Assembly (NCBI GenBank): GCA_964016885.1
Contig: OZ024741.1
Span: forward strand, 244,838,001-244,902,000
Source: Eledone cirrhosa
Taxonomy: Eukaryota
Reading direction: 5' to 3'
Length of the DNA: 64,000 nucleotides
Within the stretch, counting starts at the first letter, position 1. Every line of letters begins with the position of its first letter. The position numbers were made by a program, and so were the translations under genes. Below, one piece after another: positions 26,801-41,768 of the stretch. The notes beneath the pieces are model-generated. The model saw nothing but the letters and a program-made list of their open reading frames with translations, had not been told where the DNA came from and searched no databases.

Positions 26801-29800
26801 TTTTCTTCGAAGCACACCATTCGCCGGCGGACTTTGTTGACGTTTAACACGGTTTGGTTCCACAGCCACAACTATTGATTTTACGGAGATATCTTGCTGA
26901 AATTCACGCCACACATAGCCAATGAGTATCTGCACATGTACCAGTAATTACAGATCGATCCGACCGCGGGCGGCCGGCCCGCGATTGAAAAGGTAAATCC
27001 GCCGGCTAATCGTCATTTTTGGATTCGTTTTCTTCGAAGCACACCATTCGCCGGCGGACTTTGTTGACGTTTAACACGGTTTGGTTCCACAGCCACAACT
27101 ATTGATTTTACGGAGATATCTTGCTGAAATTCACGACACACATAGCCAATGTGAGTCTGCACATGTACCAGTAATTACAGATCGATCCGACCACGGGCGG
27201 CCGGCCCGCGATTGAAAAGGTAAATCCGCCGGCTAATCGTCATTTTTGGATTCGTTTTCTTCGAAGCACACCATTCGCCGGCGGACTTTGTTGACATTTA
27301 ACACGGTTTGGTTCCACAGCCACAACTATTGATTTTACGGAGATATCTTGCTGAAATTCACGCCACACATAGCCAATGAGTGTCTGCACATGTACCAGTA
27401 ATTACAGATCGATCCGACCACGGGCGGCCGGCCCGCGATTGAAAAGGTAAATCCGCCGGCTAATCGTCATTTTTGGATTCGTTTTCTTCGAAGCACACCA
27501 TTCGCCGGCGGACTTTGTTGACGTTTAACACGGTTTGGTTCCACAGCCACAACTATTGATTTTACGGAGATATCTTGCTGAAATTCACGCCACACATAGC
27601 CAATGAGTATCTGCACATGTACCAGTAATTACAGATCGATCCGACCGCGGGCGGCCGGCCCGCGATTAAAAAGGTAAAACCGCCGGCTAATTGTCATTTT
27701 TGGATTCGTTTTCTTCGAAGCACACCATTCGCCGGCGGACTTTGTTGACGTTTAACACGGTTTGGTTCCACAGCCACAACTATTGATTTTACGGAGATAT
27801 CTTGCTGAAATTCACGACACACATAGCCAATGGGTGTCTGCACATGTACCAGTAATTACAGATCGATCCGACCACGGGCGGCCGGCCCGCGATTGAAAAG
27901 GTAAATCCGCCGGCTAACCGTCATTTTTGGATTCGTTTTCTTCGAAGCACACCATTCGCCGGCGGACTTTGTTGACGTTTAACACGGTTTGGTTCCACAG
28001 CCACAACTATTGATTTTACGGAGATATCTTGCTGAAATTCACGCCACACATAGCCAATGAGTATCTGCACATGTACCAGTAATTACAGATCGATCCGACC
28101 GCGGGCGGCCGGCCCGCGATTAAAAAGGTAAAACCGCCGGCTAATTGTCATTTTTGGATTCGTTTTCTTCGAAGCACACCATTCGCCGGCGGACTTTGTT
28201 GACGTTTAACACGGTTTGGTTCCACAGCCACAACTATTGATTTTACGGAGATATCTTGCTGAAATTCACGACACACATAGCCAATGTGAGTCTGCACATG
28301 TACCAGTAATTACAGATCGATCCGACCACGGGCGGCCGGCCCGCGATTGAAAAGGTAAATCCGCCGGCTAATCGTCATTTTTGGATTCGTTTTCTTCGAA
28401 GCACACCATTCGCCGGCGGACTTTGTTGACGTTTAACACGGTTTGGTTCCACAGCCACAACTATTGATTTTACGGAGATATCTTGCTGAAATTCACGCCA
28501 CACATAGCCAATGAGTGTCTGCACATGTACCAGTAATTACAGATCGATCCGACCGCGGGCGGCCGGCCCGCGATTGAAAAGGTAAATCCGCCGGCTAATA
28601 GTCATTTTTGGATTCGTTTTCTTCGAAGCACACCATTCGCCGGCGGACTTTGTTGACGTTTAACACGGTTTGGTTCCACAGCCACAACTATTGATTTTAC
28701 GGAGATATCTTGCTGAAATTCACGCCACACATAGCCAATGAGTATCTGCACATGTACCAGTAATTACAGATCGATCCGACCGCGGGCGGCCGGCCCGCGA
28801 TTAAAAAGGTAAATCCGCCGGCTAATCGTCATTTTTGGATTCGTTTTCTTCGAAGCACACCATTCGCCGGCGGACTTTGTTGACGTTTAACACCGTTTGG
28901 TTCCACAGCCACAACTATTGATTTTACGGAGATATCTTGCTAAAATTCACGCCACACATAGCCAATGAGTGTCTGCACATGTACCAGTAATTACAGATCG
29001 ATCCGACCACGGGCGGCCGGCCCGCGATTGAAAAGGTAAATCCGCCGGCTAATCGTCATTTTTGGATTCGTTTTCTTCGAAGCACACCATTCGCCGGCGG
29101 ACTTTGTTGACGTTTAACACGGTTTGGTTCCACAGCCACAACTATTGATTTTACGGAGATATCTTGCTGAAATTCACGCCACACATAGCCAATGAGTATC
29201 TGCACATGTACCAGTAATTACAGATCGATCCGACCGCGGGCGGCCGGCCCGCGATTGAAAAGGTAAATCCGCCGGCTAATCGTCATTTTTGGATTCGTTT
29301 TCTTCGAAGCACACCATTCGCCGGCGGACTTTGTTGACGTTTAACACGGTTTGGTTCCACAGCCACAACTATTGATTTTACGGAGATATCTTGCTGAAAT
29401 TCACGACACACATAGCCAATGTGAGTCTGCACATGTACCAGTAATTACAGATCGATCCGACCACGGGCGGCCGGCCCGCGATTGAAAAGGTAAATCCGCC
29501 GGCTAATCGTCATTTTTGGATTCGTTTTCTTCGAAGCACACCATTCGCCGGCGGACTTTGTTGACATTTAACACGGTTTGGTTCCACAGCCACAACTATT
29601 GATTTTACGGAGATATCTTGCTGAAATTCACGCCACACATAGCCAATGAGTGTCTGCACATGTACCAGTAATTACAGATCGATCCGACCACGGGCGGCCG
29701 GCCCGCGATTGAAAAGGTAAATCCGCCGGCTAATCGTCATTTTTGGATTCGTTTTCTTCGAAGCACACCATTCGCCGGCGGACTTTGTTGACGTTTAACA

Positions 29801-32800
29801 CGGTTTGGTTCCACAGCCACAACTATTGATTTTACGGAGATATCTTGCTGAAATTCACGCCACACATAGCCAATGAGTATCTGCACATGTACCAGTAATT
29901 ACAGATCGATCCGACCGCGGGCGGCCGGCCCGCGATTAAAAAGGTAAAACCGCCGGCTAATTGTCATTTTTGGATTCGTTTTCTTCGAAGCACACCATTC
30001 GCCGGCGGACTTTGTTGACGTTTAACACGGTTTGGTTCCACAGCCACAACTATTGATTTTACGGAGATATCTTGCTGAAATTCACGACACACATAGCCAA
30101 TGGGTGTCTGCACATGTACCAGTAATTACAGATCGATCCGACCACGGGCGGCCGGCCCGCGATTGAAAAGGTAAATCCGCCGGCTAACCGTCATTTTTGG
30201 ATTCGTTTTCTTCGAAGCACACCATTCGCCGGCGGACTTTGTTGACGTTTAACACGGTTTGGTTCCACAGCCACAACTATTGATTTTACGGAGATATCTT
30301 GCTGAAATTCACGCCACACATAGCCAATGAGTATCTGCACATGTACCAGTAATTACAGATCGATCCGACCGCGGGCGGCCGGCCCGCGATTAAAAAGGTA
30401 AAACCGCCGGCTAATTGTCATTTTTGGATTCGTTTTCTTCGAAGCACACCATTCGCCGGCGGACTTTGTTGACGTTTAACACGGTTTGGTTCCACAGCCA
30501 CAACTATTGATTTTACGGAGATATCTTGCTGAAATTCACGACACACATAGCCAATGTGAGTCTGCACATGTACCAGTAATTACAGATCGATCAAACCACG
30601 GGCGGCCGGCCCGCGATTGAAAAGGTAAATCCGCCGGCTAATCGTCATTTTTGGATTCGTTTTCTTCGAAGCACACCATTCGCCGGCGGACTTTGTTGAC
30701 ATTTAACACGGTTTGGTTCCACAGCCACAACTATTGATTTTACGGAGATATCTTGCTGAAATTCACGACACACATAGCCAATGTGAGTCTGCACATGTAC
30801 CAGTAATTACAGATCGATCCGACCGCGGGCGGCCGGCCCGCGATTAAAAAGGTAAATCCGCCGGCTAATCGTCATTTTTGGATTCGTTTTCTTCGAAGCA
30901 CACCATTCGCCGGCGGACTTTGTTGACGTTTAACACCGTTTGGTTCCACAGCCACAACTATTGATTTTACGGAGATATCTTGCTGAAATTCACGCCACAC
31001 ATAGCCAATGAGTGTCTGCACATGTACCAGTAATTACAGATCGATCCGACCGCGGGCGGCCGGCCCGCGATTGAAAAGGTAAATCCGCCGGCTAATAGTC
31101 ATTTTTGGATTCGTTTTCTTCGAAGCACACCATTCGCCGGCGGACTTTGTTGACGTTTAACACGGTTTGGTTCCACAGCCACAACTATTGATTTTACGGA
31201 GATATCTTGCTGAAATTCACGCCACACATAGCCAATGAGTATCTGCACATGTACCAGTAATTACAGATCGATCCGACCGCGGGCGGCCGGCCCGCGATTA
31301 AAAAGGTAAATCCGCCGGCTAATCGTCATTTTTGGATTCGTTTTCTTCGAAGCACACCATTCGCCGGCGGACTTTGTTGACGTTTAACACCGTTTGGTTC
31401 CACAGCCACAACTATTGATTTTACGGAGATATCTTGCTAAAATTCACGCCACACATAGCCAATGAGTGTCTGCACATGTACCAGTAATTACAGATCGATC
31501 CGACCACGGGCGGCCGGCCCGCGATTGAAAAGGTAAATCCGCCGGCTAATCGTCATTTTTGGATTCGTTTTCTTCGAAGCACACCATTCGCCGGCGGACT
31601 TTGTTGACGTTTAACACGGTTTGGTTCCACAGCCACAACTATTGATTTTACGGAGATATCTTGCTGAAATTCACGCCACACATAGCCAATGAGTATCTGC
31701 ACATGTACCAGTAATTACAGATCGATCCGACCGCGGGCGGCCGGCCCGCGATTGAAAAGGTAAATCCGCCGGCTAATCGTCATTTTTGGATTCGTTTTCT
31801 TCGAAGCACACCATTCGCCGGCGGACTTTGTTGACGTTTAACACGGTTTGGTTCCACAGCCACAACTATTGATTTTACGGAGATATCTTGCTGAAATTCA
31901 CGACACACATAGCCAATGTGAGTCTGCACATGTACCAGTAATTACAGATCGATCCGACCACGGGCGGCCGGCCCGCGATTGAAAAGGTAAATCCGCCGGC
32001 TAATCGTCATTTTTGGATTCGTTTTCTTCGAAGCACACCATTCGCCGGCGGACTTTGTTGACATTTAACACGGTTTGGTTCCACAGCCACAACTATTGAT
32101 TTTACGGAGATATCTTGCTGAAATTCACGCCACACATAGCCAATGAGTGTCTGCACATGTACCAGTAATTACAGATCGATCCGACCACGGGCGGCCGGCC
32201 CGCGATTGAAAAGGTAAATCCGCCGGCTAATCGTCATTTTTGGATTCGTTTTCTTCGAAGCACACCATTCGCCGGCGGACTTTGTTGACGTTTAACACGG
32301 TTTGGTTCCACAGCCACAACTATTGATTTTACGGAGATATCTTGCTGAAATTCACGCCACACATAGCCAATGAGTATCTGCACATGTACCAGTAATTACA
32401 GATCGATCCGACCGCGGGCGGCCGGCCCGCGATTAAAAAGGTAAAACCGCCGGCTAATTGTCATTTTTGGATTCGTTTTCTTCGAAGCACACCATTCGCC
32501 GGCGGACTTTGTTGACGTTTAACACGGTTTGGTTCCACAGCCACAACTATTGATTTTACGGAGATATCTTGCTGAAATTCACGACACACATAGCCAATGG
32601 GTGTCTGCACATGTACCAGTAATTACAGATCGATCCGACCACGGGCGGCCGGCCCGCGATTGAAAAGGTAAATCCGCCGGCTAACCGTCATTTTTGGATT
32701 CGTTTTCTTCGAAGCACACCATTCGCCGGCGGACTTTGTTGACGTTTAACACGGTTTGGTTCCACAGCCACAACTATTGATTTTACGGAGATATCTTGCT

Positions 32801-33142
32801 GAAATTCACGCCACACATAGCCAATGAGTATCTGCACATGTACCAGTAATTACAGATCGATCCGACCGCGGGCGGCCGGCCCGCGATTAAAAAGGTAAAA
32901 CCGCCGGCTAATTGTCATTTTTGGATTCGTTTTCTTCGAAGCACACCATTCGCCGGCGGACTTTGTTGACGTTTAACACGGTTTGGTTCCACAGCCACAA
33001 CTATGGATTTTACGGAGATATCTTGCTGAAATTCACGACACACATAGCCAATGTGAGTCTGCACATGTACCAGTAATTACAGATCGATCCGACCACGGGC
33101 GGCCGGCCCGCGATTGAAAAGGTAAATCCGCCGGCTAATCGT
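23836..33142 (+). repeat. Variable-length higher-order repeat (10-12 monomer period, 4 units) with an 8-mer core
   Basis: The marker G113A is at 23948, 26672, 28942 and 31439. The core cC,B',A,iC,L,A/G-hybrid,L,A is at 26560-28375, 28830-30645 and 31327-33142, and at 23836-26332 with an internal 3-mer duplication. Confidence 0.88.
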
Positions 33143-36100
33143 CATTTTTGGATTCGTTTTCTTCGAAGCACACCATTCGCCGGCGGACTTTGTTGACATT
33201 TAACACGGTTTGGTTCCACAGCCACAACTATTGATTTTACGGAGATATCTTGCTGAAATTCACGCCACACATAGCCAATGAGTATCTGCACATGTACCAG
33301 TAATTACAGATCGATCCGACCGCGGGCGGCCGGCCCGCGATTGAAAAGGTAAATCCGCCGGCTAATCGTCATTTTTGGATTCGTTTTCTTCGAAGCACAC
33401 CATTCGCCGGCGGACTTTGTTGACGTTTAACACGGTTTGGTTCCACAGCCACAACTATTGATTTTACGGAGATATCTTGCTGAAATTCACGACACACATA
33501 GCCAATGTGAGTCTGCACATGTACCAGTAATTACAGATCGATCCGACCACGGGCGGCCGGCCCGCGATTGAAAAGGTAAATCCGCCGGCTAATCGTCATT
33601 TTTGGATTCGTTTTCTTCGAAGCACACCATTCGCCGGCGGACTTTGTTGACATTTAACACGGTTTGGTTCCACAGCCACAACTATTGATTTTACGGAGAT
33701 ATCTTGCTGAAATTCACGACACACATAGCCAATGTGAGTCTGCACATGTACCAGTAATTACAGATCGATCCGACCACGGGCGGCCGGCCCGCGATTGAAA
33801 AGGTAAATCCGCCGGCTAATCGTCATTTTTGGATTCGTTTTCTTCGAAGCACACCATTCGCCGGCGGACTTTGTTGACATTTAACACGGTTTGGTTCCAC
33901 AGCCACAACTATTGATTTTACGGAGATATCTTGCTGAAATTCACGCCACACATAGCCAATGAGTATCTGCACATGTACCAGTAATTACAGATCGATCCGA
34001 CCGCGGGCGGCCGGCCCGCGATTAAAAAGGTAAATCCGCCGGCTAATCGTCATTTTTGGATTCGTTTTCTTCGAAGCACACCATTCGCCGGCGGACTTTG
34101 TTGACGTTTAACACCGTTTGGTTCCACAGCCACAACTATTGATTTTACGGAGATATATTGCTGAAATTCACGCCACACATAGCCAATGGGTGTCTGCACA
34201 TGTACCAGTAATTACAGATCGATCCGACCACGGGCGGCCGGCCCGCGATTGAAAAGGTAAATCCGCCGGCTAACCGTCATTTTTGGATTCGTTTTCTTCG
34301 AAGCACACCATTCGCCGGCGGACTTTGTTGACGTTTAACACGGTTTGGTTCCACAGCCACAACTATTGATTTTACGGAGATATCTTGCTGAAATTCACGC
34401 CACACATAGCCAATGAGTGTCTGCACATGTACCAGTAATTACAGATCGATCCGACCACGGGCGGCCGGCCCGCGATTGAAAAGGTAAATCCGCCGGCTAA
34501 TCGTCATTTTTGGATTCGTTTTCTTCGAAGCACACCATTCGCCGGCGGACTTTGTTGACGTTTAACACGGTTTGGTTCCACAGCCACAACTATTGATTTT
34601 ACGGAGATATCTTGCTGAAATTCACGCCACACATAGCCAATGAGTATCTGCACATGTACCAGTAATTACAGATCGATCCGACCGCGGGCGGCCGGCCCGC
34701 GATTAAAAAGGTAAATCCGCCGGCTAATCGTCATTTTTGGATTCGTTTTCTTCGAAGCACACCATTCGCCGGCGGACTTTGTTGACGTTTAACACCGTTT
34801 GGTTCCACAGCCACAACTATTGATTTTACGGAGATATCTTGCTGAAATTGACGCCACACATAGCCAATGAGTGTCTGCACATGTACCAGTAATTACAGAT
34901 CGATCCGACCACGGGCGGCCGGCCCGCGATTGAAAAGGTAAATCCGCCGGCTAATCGTCATTTTTGGATTCGTTTTCTTCGAAGCACACCATTCGCCGGC
35001 GGACTTTGTTGACGTTTAACACGGTTTGGTTCCACAGCCACAACTATTGATTTTACGGAGATATCTTGCTGAAATTCACGCCACACATAGCCAATGAGTA
35101 TCTGCACATGTACCAGTAATTACAGATCGATCCGACCGCGGGCGGCCGGCCCGCGATTGAAAAGGTAAATCCGCCGGCTAATCGTCATTTTTGGATTCGT
35201 TTTCTTCGAAGCACACCATTCGCCGGCGGACTTTGTTGACGTTTAACACGGTTTGGTTCCACAGCCACAACTATTGATTTTACGGAGATATCTTGCTGAA
35301 ATTCACGACACACATAGCCAATGTGAGTCTGCACATGTACCAGTAATTACAGATCGATCCGACCACGGGCGGCCGGCCCGCGATTGAAAAGGTAAATCCG
35401 CCGGCTAATCGTCATTTTTGGATTCGTTTTCTTCAAAGCACACCATTCGCCGGCGGACTTTGTTGACATTTAACACGGTTTGGTTCCACAGCCACAACTA
35501 TTGATTTTACGGAGATATCTTGCTGAAATTCACGCCACACATAGCCAATGAGTATCTGCACATGTACCAGTAATTACAGATCGATCCGACCGCGGGCGGC
35601 CGGCCCGCGATTAAAAAGGTAAAACCGCCGGCTAATTGTCATTTTTGGATTCGTTTTCTTCGAAGCACACCATTCGCCGGCGGACTTTGTTGACGTTTAA
35701 CACGGTTTGGTTCCACAGCCACAACTATTGATTTTACGGAGATATCTTGCTGAAATTCACGACACACATAGCCAATGGGTGTCTGCACATGTACCAGTAA
35801 TTACAGATCGATCCGACCACGGGCGGCCGGCCCGCGATTGAAAAGGTAAATCCGCCGGCTAACCGTCATTTTTGGATTCGTTTTCTTCGAAGCACACCAT
35901 TCGCCGGCGGACTTTGTTGACGTTTAACACGGTTTGGTTCCACAGCCACAACTATTGATTTTACGGAGATATCTTGCTGAAATTCACGCCACACATAGCC
36001 AATGAGTATCTGCACATGTACCAGTAATTACAGATCGATCCGACCGCGGGCGGCCGGCCCGCGATTAAAAAGGTAAAACCGCCGGCTAATTGTCATTTTT

Positions 36101-39100
36101 GGATTCGTTTTCTTCGAAGCACACCATTCGCCGGCGGACTTTGTTGACGTTTAACACGGTTTGGTTCCACAGCCACAACTATTGATTTTACGGAGATATC
36201 TTGCTGAAATTCACGCCACACATAGCCAATGATTGTCTGCACATGTACCAGTAATTACAGATCGATCCGACCACGGGCGGCCGGCCCGCGATTGAAAAGG
36301 TAAATCCGCCGGCTAATCGTCATTTTTGGATTCGTTTTCTTCGAAGCACACCATTCGCCGGCGGACTTTGTTGACATTTAACACGGTTTGGTTCCACAGC
36401 CACAACTATTGATTTTACGGAGATATCTTGCTGAAATTCACGCCACACATAGCCAATGAGTATCTGCACATGTACCAGTAATTACAGATCGATCCGACCG
36501 CGGGCGGCCGGCCCGCGATTAAAAAGGTAAATCCGCCGGCTAATCGTCATTTTTGGATTCGTTTTCTTCGAAGCACACCATTCGCCGGCGGACTTTGTTG
36601 ACATTTAACACGGTTTGGTTCCACAGCCACAACTATTGATTTTACGGAGATATCTTGCTGAAATTCACGCCACACATAGCCAATGAGTATCTGCACATGT
36701 ACCAGTAATTACAGATCGATCCGACCGCGGGCGGCGGGCCCGCGATTGAAAAGGTAAATCCGCCGGCTAATCGTCATTTTTGGATTCGTTTTCTTCGAAG
36801 CACACCATTCGCCGGCGGACTTTGTTGACGTTTAACACGGTTTGGTTCCACAGCCACAACTATTGATTTTACGGAGATATCTTGCTGAAATTCACGACAC
36901 ACATAGCCAATGTGAGTCTGCACATGTACCAGTAATTACAGATCGATCCGACCACGGGCGGCCGGCCCGCGATTGAAAAGGTAAATCCGCCGGCTAATCG
37001 TCATTTTTGGATTCGTTTTCTTCGAAGCACACCATTCGCCGGCGGACTTTGTTGACATTTAACACGGTTTGGTTCCACAGCCACAACTATTGATTTTACG
37101 GAGATATCTTGCTGAAATTCACGCCACACATAGCCAATTAGTGTCTGCACATGTACCAGTAATTACAGATCGATCCGACCACGGGCGGCCGGCCCGCGAT
37201 TGAAAAGGTAAATCCGCCGGCTAATCGTCATTTTTGGATTCGTTTTCTTCGAAGCACACCATTCGCCGGCGGACTTTGTTGACGTTTAACACGGTTTGGT
37301 TCCACAGCCACAACTATTGATTTTACGGAGATATCTTGCTGAAATTCACGCCACACATAGCCAATGGGTGTCTGCACATGTACCAGTAATTACAGATCGA
37401 TCCGACCACGGGCGGCCGGCCCGCGATTGAAAAGGTAAATCCGCCGGCTAACCGTCATTTTTGGATTCGTTTTCTTCGAAGCACACCATTCGCCGGCGGA
37501 CTTTGTTGACGTTTAACACGGTTTGGTTCCACAGCCACAACTATTGATTTTACGGAGATATCTTGCTGAAATTCACGCCACACATAGCCAATGAGTATCT
37601 GCACATGTACCAGTAATTACAGATCGATCCGACCGCGGGCGGCCGGCCCGCGATTAAAAAGGTAAAACCGCCGGCTAATTGTCATTTTTGGATTCGTTTT
37701 CTTCGAAGCACACCATTCGCCGGCGGACTTTGTTGACGTTTAACACGGTTTGGTTCCACAGCCACAACTATTGATTTTACGGAGATATCTTGCTGAAATT
37801 CACGCCACACATAGCCAATGATTGTCTGCACATGTACCAGTAATTACAGATCGATCCGACCACGGGCGGCCGGCCCGCGATTGAAAAGGTAAATCCGCCG
37901 GCTAATCGTCATTTTTGGATTCGTTTTCTTCGAAGCACACCATTCGCCGGCGGACTTTGTTGACATTTAACACGGTTTGGTTCCACAGCCACAACTATTG
38001 ATTTTACGGAGATATCTTGCTGAAATTCACGACACACATAGCCAATGTGAGTCTGCACATGTACCAGTAATTACAGATCGATCCGACCACGGGCGGCCGG
38101 CCCGCGATTGAAAAGGTAAATCCGCCGGCTAATCGTCATTTTTGGATTCGTTTTCTTCGAAGCACACCATTCGCCGGCGGACTTTGTTGACATTTAACAC
38201 GGTTTGGTTCCACAGCCACAACTATTGATTTTACGGAGATATCTTGCTGAAATTCACGACACACATAGCCAATGTGAGTCTGCACATGTACCAGTAATTA
38301 CAGATCGATCCGACCACGGGCGGCCGGCCCGCGATTGAAAAGGTAAATCCGCCGGCTAATCGTCATTTTTGGATTCGTTTTCTTCGAAGCACACCATTCG
38401 CCGGCGGACTTTGTTGACGTTTAACACGGTTTGGTTCCACAGCCACAACTATTGATTTTACGGAGATATCTTGCTGAAATTCACGCCACACATAGCCAAT
38501 GAGTATCTGCACATGTACCAGTAATTACAGATCGATCCGACCGCGGGCGGCCGGCCCGCGATTAAAAAGGTAAAACCGCCGGCTAATTGTCATTTTTGGA
38601 TTCGTTTTCTTCGAAGCACACCATTCGCCGGCGGACTTTGTTGACGTTTAACACGGTTTGGTTCCACAGCCACAACTATTGATTTTACGGAGATATCTTG
38701 CTGAAATTCACGCCACACATAGCCAATGAGTATCTGCACATGTACCAGTAATTACAGATCGATCCGACCGCGGGCGGCCGGCCCGCGATTAAAAAGGTAA
38801 ATCCGCCGGCTAATCGTCATTTTTGGATTCGTTTTCTTCGAAGCACACCATTCGCCGGCGGACTTTGTTGACGTTTAACACGGTTTGGTTCCACAGCCAC
38901 AACTATTGATTTTACGGAGATATCTTGCTGAAATTCACGCCACACATAGCCAATGAGTATCTGCACATGTACCAGTAATTACAGATCGATCCGACCGCGG
39001 GCGGCCGGCCCGCGATTAAAAAGGTAAAACCGCCGGCTAATTGTCATTTTTGGATTCGTTTTCTTCGAAGCACACCATTCGCCGGCGGACTTTGTTGACG

Positions 39101-41768
39101 TTTAACACGGTTTGGTTCCACAGCCACAACTATTGATTTTACGGAGATATCTTGCTGAAATTCACGCCACACATAGCCAATGAGTGTCTGCACATGTACC
39201 AGTAATTACAGATCGATCCGACCACGGGCGGCCGGCCCGCGATTGAAAAGGTAAATCCGCCGGCTAATCGTCATTTTTGGATTCGTTTTCTTCGAAGCAC
39301 ACCATTCGCCGGCGGACTTTGTTGACGTTTAACACGGTTTGGTTCCACAGCCACAACTATTGATTTTACGGAGATATCTTGCTGAAATTCACGACACACA
39401 TAGCCAATGTGAGTCTGCACATGTACCAGTAATTACAGATCGATCCGACCACGGGCGGCCGGCCCGCGATTGAAAAGGTAAATCCGCCGGCTAATCGTCA
39501 TTTTTGGATTCGTTTTCTTCGAAGCACACCATTCGCCGGCGGACTTTGTTGACATTTAACACGGTTTGGTTCCACAGCCACAACTATTGATTTTACGGAG
39601 ATATCTTGCTGAAATTCACGACACACATAGCCAATGTGAGTCTGCACATGTACCAGTAATTACAGATCGATCCGACCACGGGCGGCCGGCCCGCGATTGA
39701 AAAGGTAAATCCGCCGGCTAATCGTCATTTTTGGATTCGTTTTCTTCGAAGCACACCATTCGCCGGCGGACTTTGTTGACGTTTAACACGGTTTGGTTCC
39801 ACAGCCACAACTATTGATTTTACGGAGATATCTTGCTGAAATTCACGCCACACATAGCCAATGAGTATCTGCACATGTACCAGTAATTACAGATCGATCC
39901 GACCGCGGGCGGCCGGCCCGCGATTAAAAAGGTAAAACCGCCGGCTAATTGTCATTTTTGGATTCGTTTTCTTCGAAGCACACCATTCGCCGGCGGACTT
40001 TGTTGACGTTTAACACGGTTTGGTTCCACAGCCACAACTATTGATTTTACGGAGATATCTTGCTGAAATTCACGCCACACATAGCCAATGAGTATCTGCA
40101 CATGTACCAGTAATTACAGATCGATCCGACCGCGGGCGGCCGGCCCGCGATTAAAAAGGTAAATCCGCCGGCTAATCGTCATTTTTGGATTCGTTTTCTT
40201 CGAAGCACACCATTCGCCGGCGGACTTTGTTGACGTTTAACACCGTTTGGTTCCACAGCCACAACTATTGATTTTACGGAGATATCTTGCTGAAATTCAC
40301 GCCACACATAGCCAATGGGTGTCTGCACATGTACCAGTAATTACAGATCGATCCGACCACGGGCGGCCGGCCCGCGATTGAAAAGGTAAATCCGCCGGCT
40401 AACCGTCATTTTTGGATTCGTTTTCTTCGAAGCACACCATTCGCCGGCGGACTTTGTTGACGTTTAACACGGTTTGGTTCCACAGCCACAACTATTGATT
40501 TTACGGAGATATCTTGCTGAAATTCACGCCACACATAGCCAATGAGTATCTGCACATGTACCAGTAATTACAGATCGATCCGACCGCGGGCGGCCGGCCC
40601 GCGATTAAAAAGGTAAATCCGCCGGCTAATCGTCATTTTTGGATTCGTTTTCTTCGAAGCACACCATTCGCCGGCGGACTTTGTTGACGTTTAACACCGT
40701 TTGGTTCCACAGCCACAACTATTGATTTTACGGAGATATCTTGCTGAAATTCACGCCACACATAGCCAATGGGTGTCTGCACATGTACCAGTAATTACAG
40801 ATCGATCCGACCACGGGCGGCCGGCCCGCGATTGAAAAGGTAAATCCGCCGGCTAACCGTCATTTTTGGATTCGTTTTCTTCGAAGCACACCATTCGCCG
40901 GCGGACTTTGTTGACGTTTAACACGGTTTGGTTCCACAGCCACAACTATTGATTTTACGGAGATATCTTGCTGAAATTCACGCCACACATAGCCAATGAG
41001 TATCTGCACATGTACCAGTAATTACAGATCGATCCGACCGCGGGCGGCCGGCCCGCGATTAAAAAGGTAAAACCGCCGGCTAATTGTCATTTTTGGATTC
41101 GTTTTCTTCGAAGCACACCATTCGCCGGCGGACTTTGTTGACGTTTAACACGGTTTGGTTCCACAGCCACAACTATTGATTTTACGGAGATATCTTGCTG
41201 AAATTCACGCCACACATAGCCAATGATTGTCTGCACATGTACCAGTAATTACAGATCGATCCGACCACGGGCGGCCGGCCCGCGATTGAAAAGGTAAATC
41301 CGCCGGCTAATCGTCATTTTTGGATTCGTTTTCTTCGAAGCACACCATTCGCCGGCGGACTTTGTTGACATTTAACACGGTTTGGTTCCACAGCCACAAC
41401 TATTGATTTTACGGAGATATCTTGCTGAAATTCACGCCACACATAGCCAATGAGTATCTGCACATGTACCAGTAATTACAGATCGATCCGACCGCGGGCG
41501 GCCGGCCCGCGATTAAAAAGGTAAATCCGCCGGCTAATCGTCATTTTTGGATTCGTTTTCTTCGAAGCACACCATTCGCCGGCGGACTTTGTTGACATTT
41601 AACACGGTTTGGTTCCACAGCCACAACTATTGATTTTACGGAGATATCTTGCTGAAATTCACGCCACACATAGCCAATGAGTGTCTGCACATGTACCAGT
41701 AATTACAGATCGATCCGACCACGGGCGGCCGGCCCGCGATTGAAAAGGTAAATCCGCCGGCTAATCGT

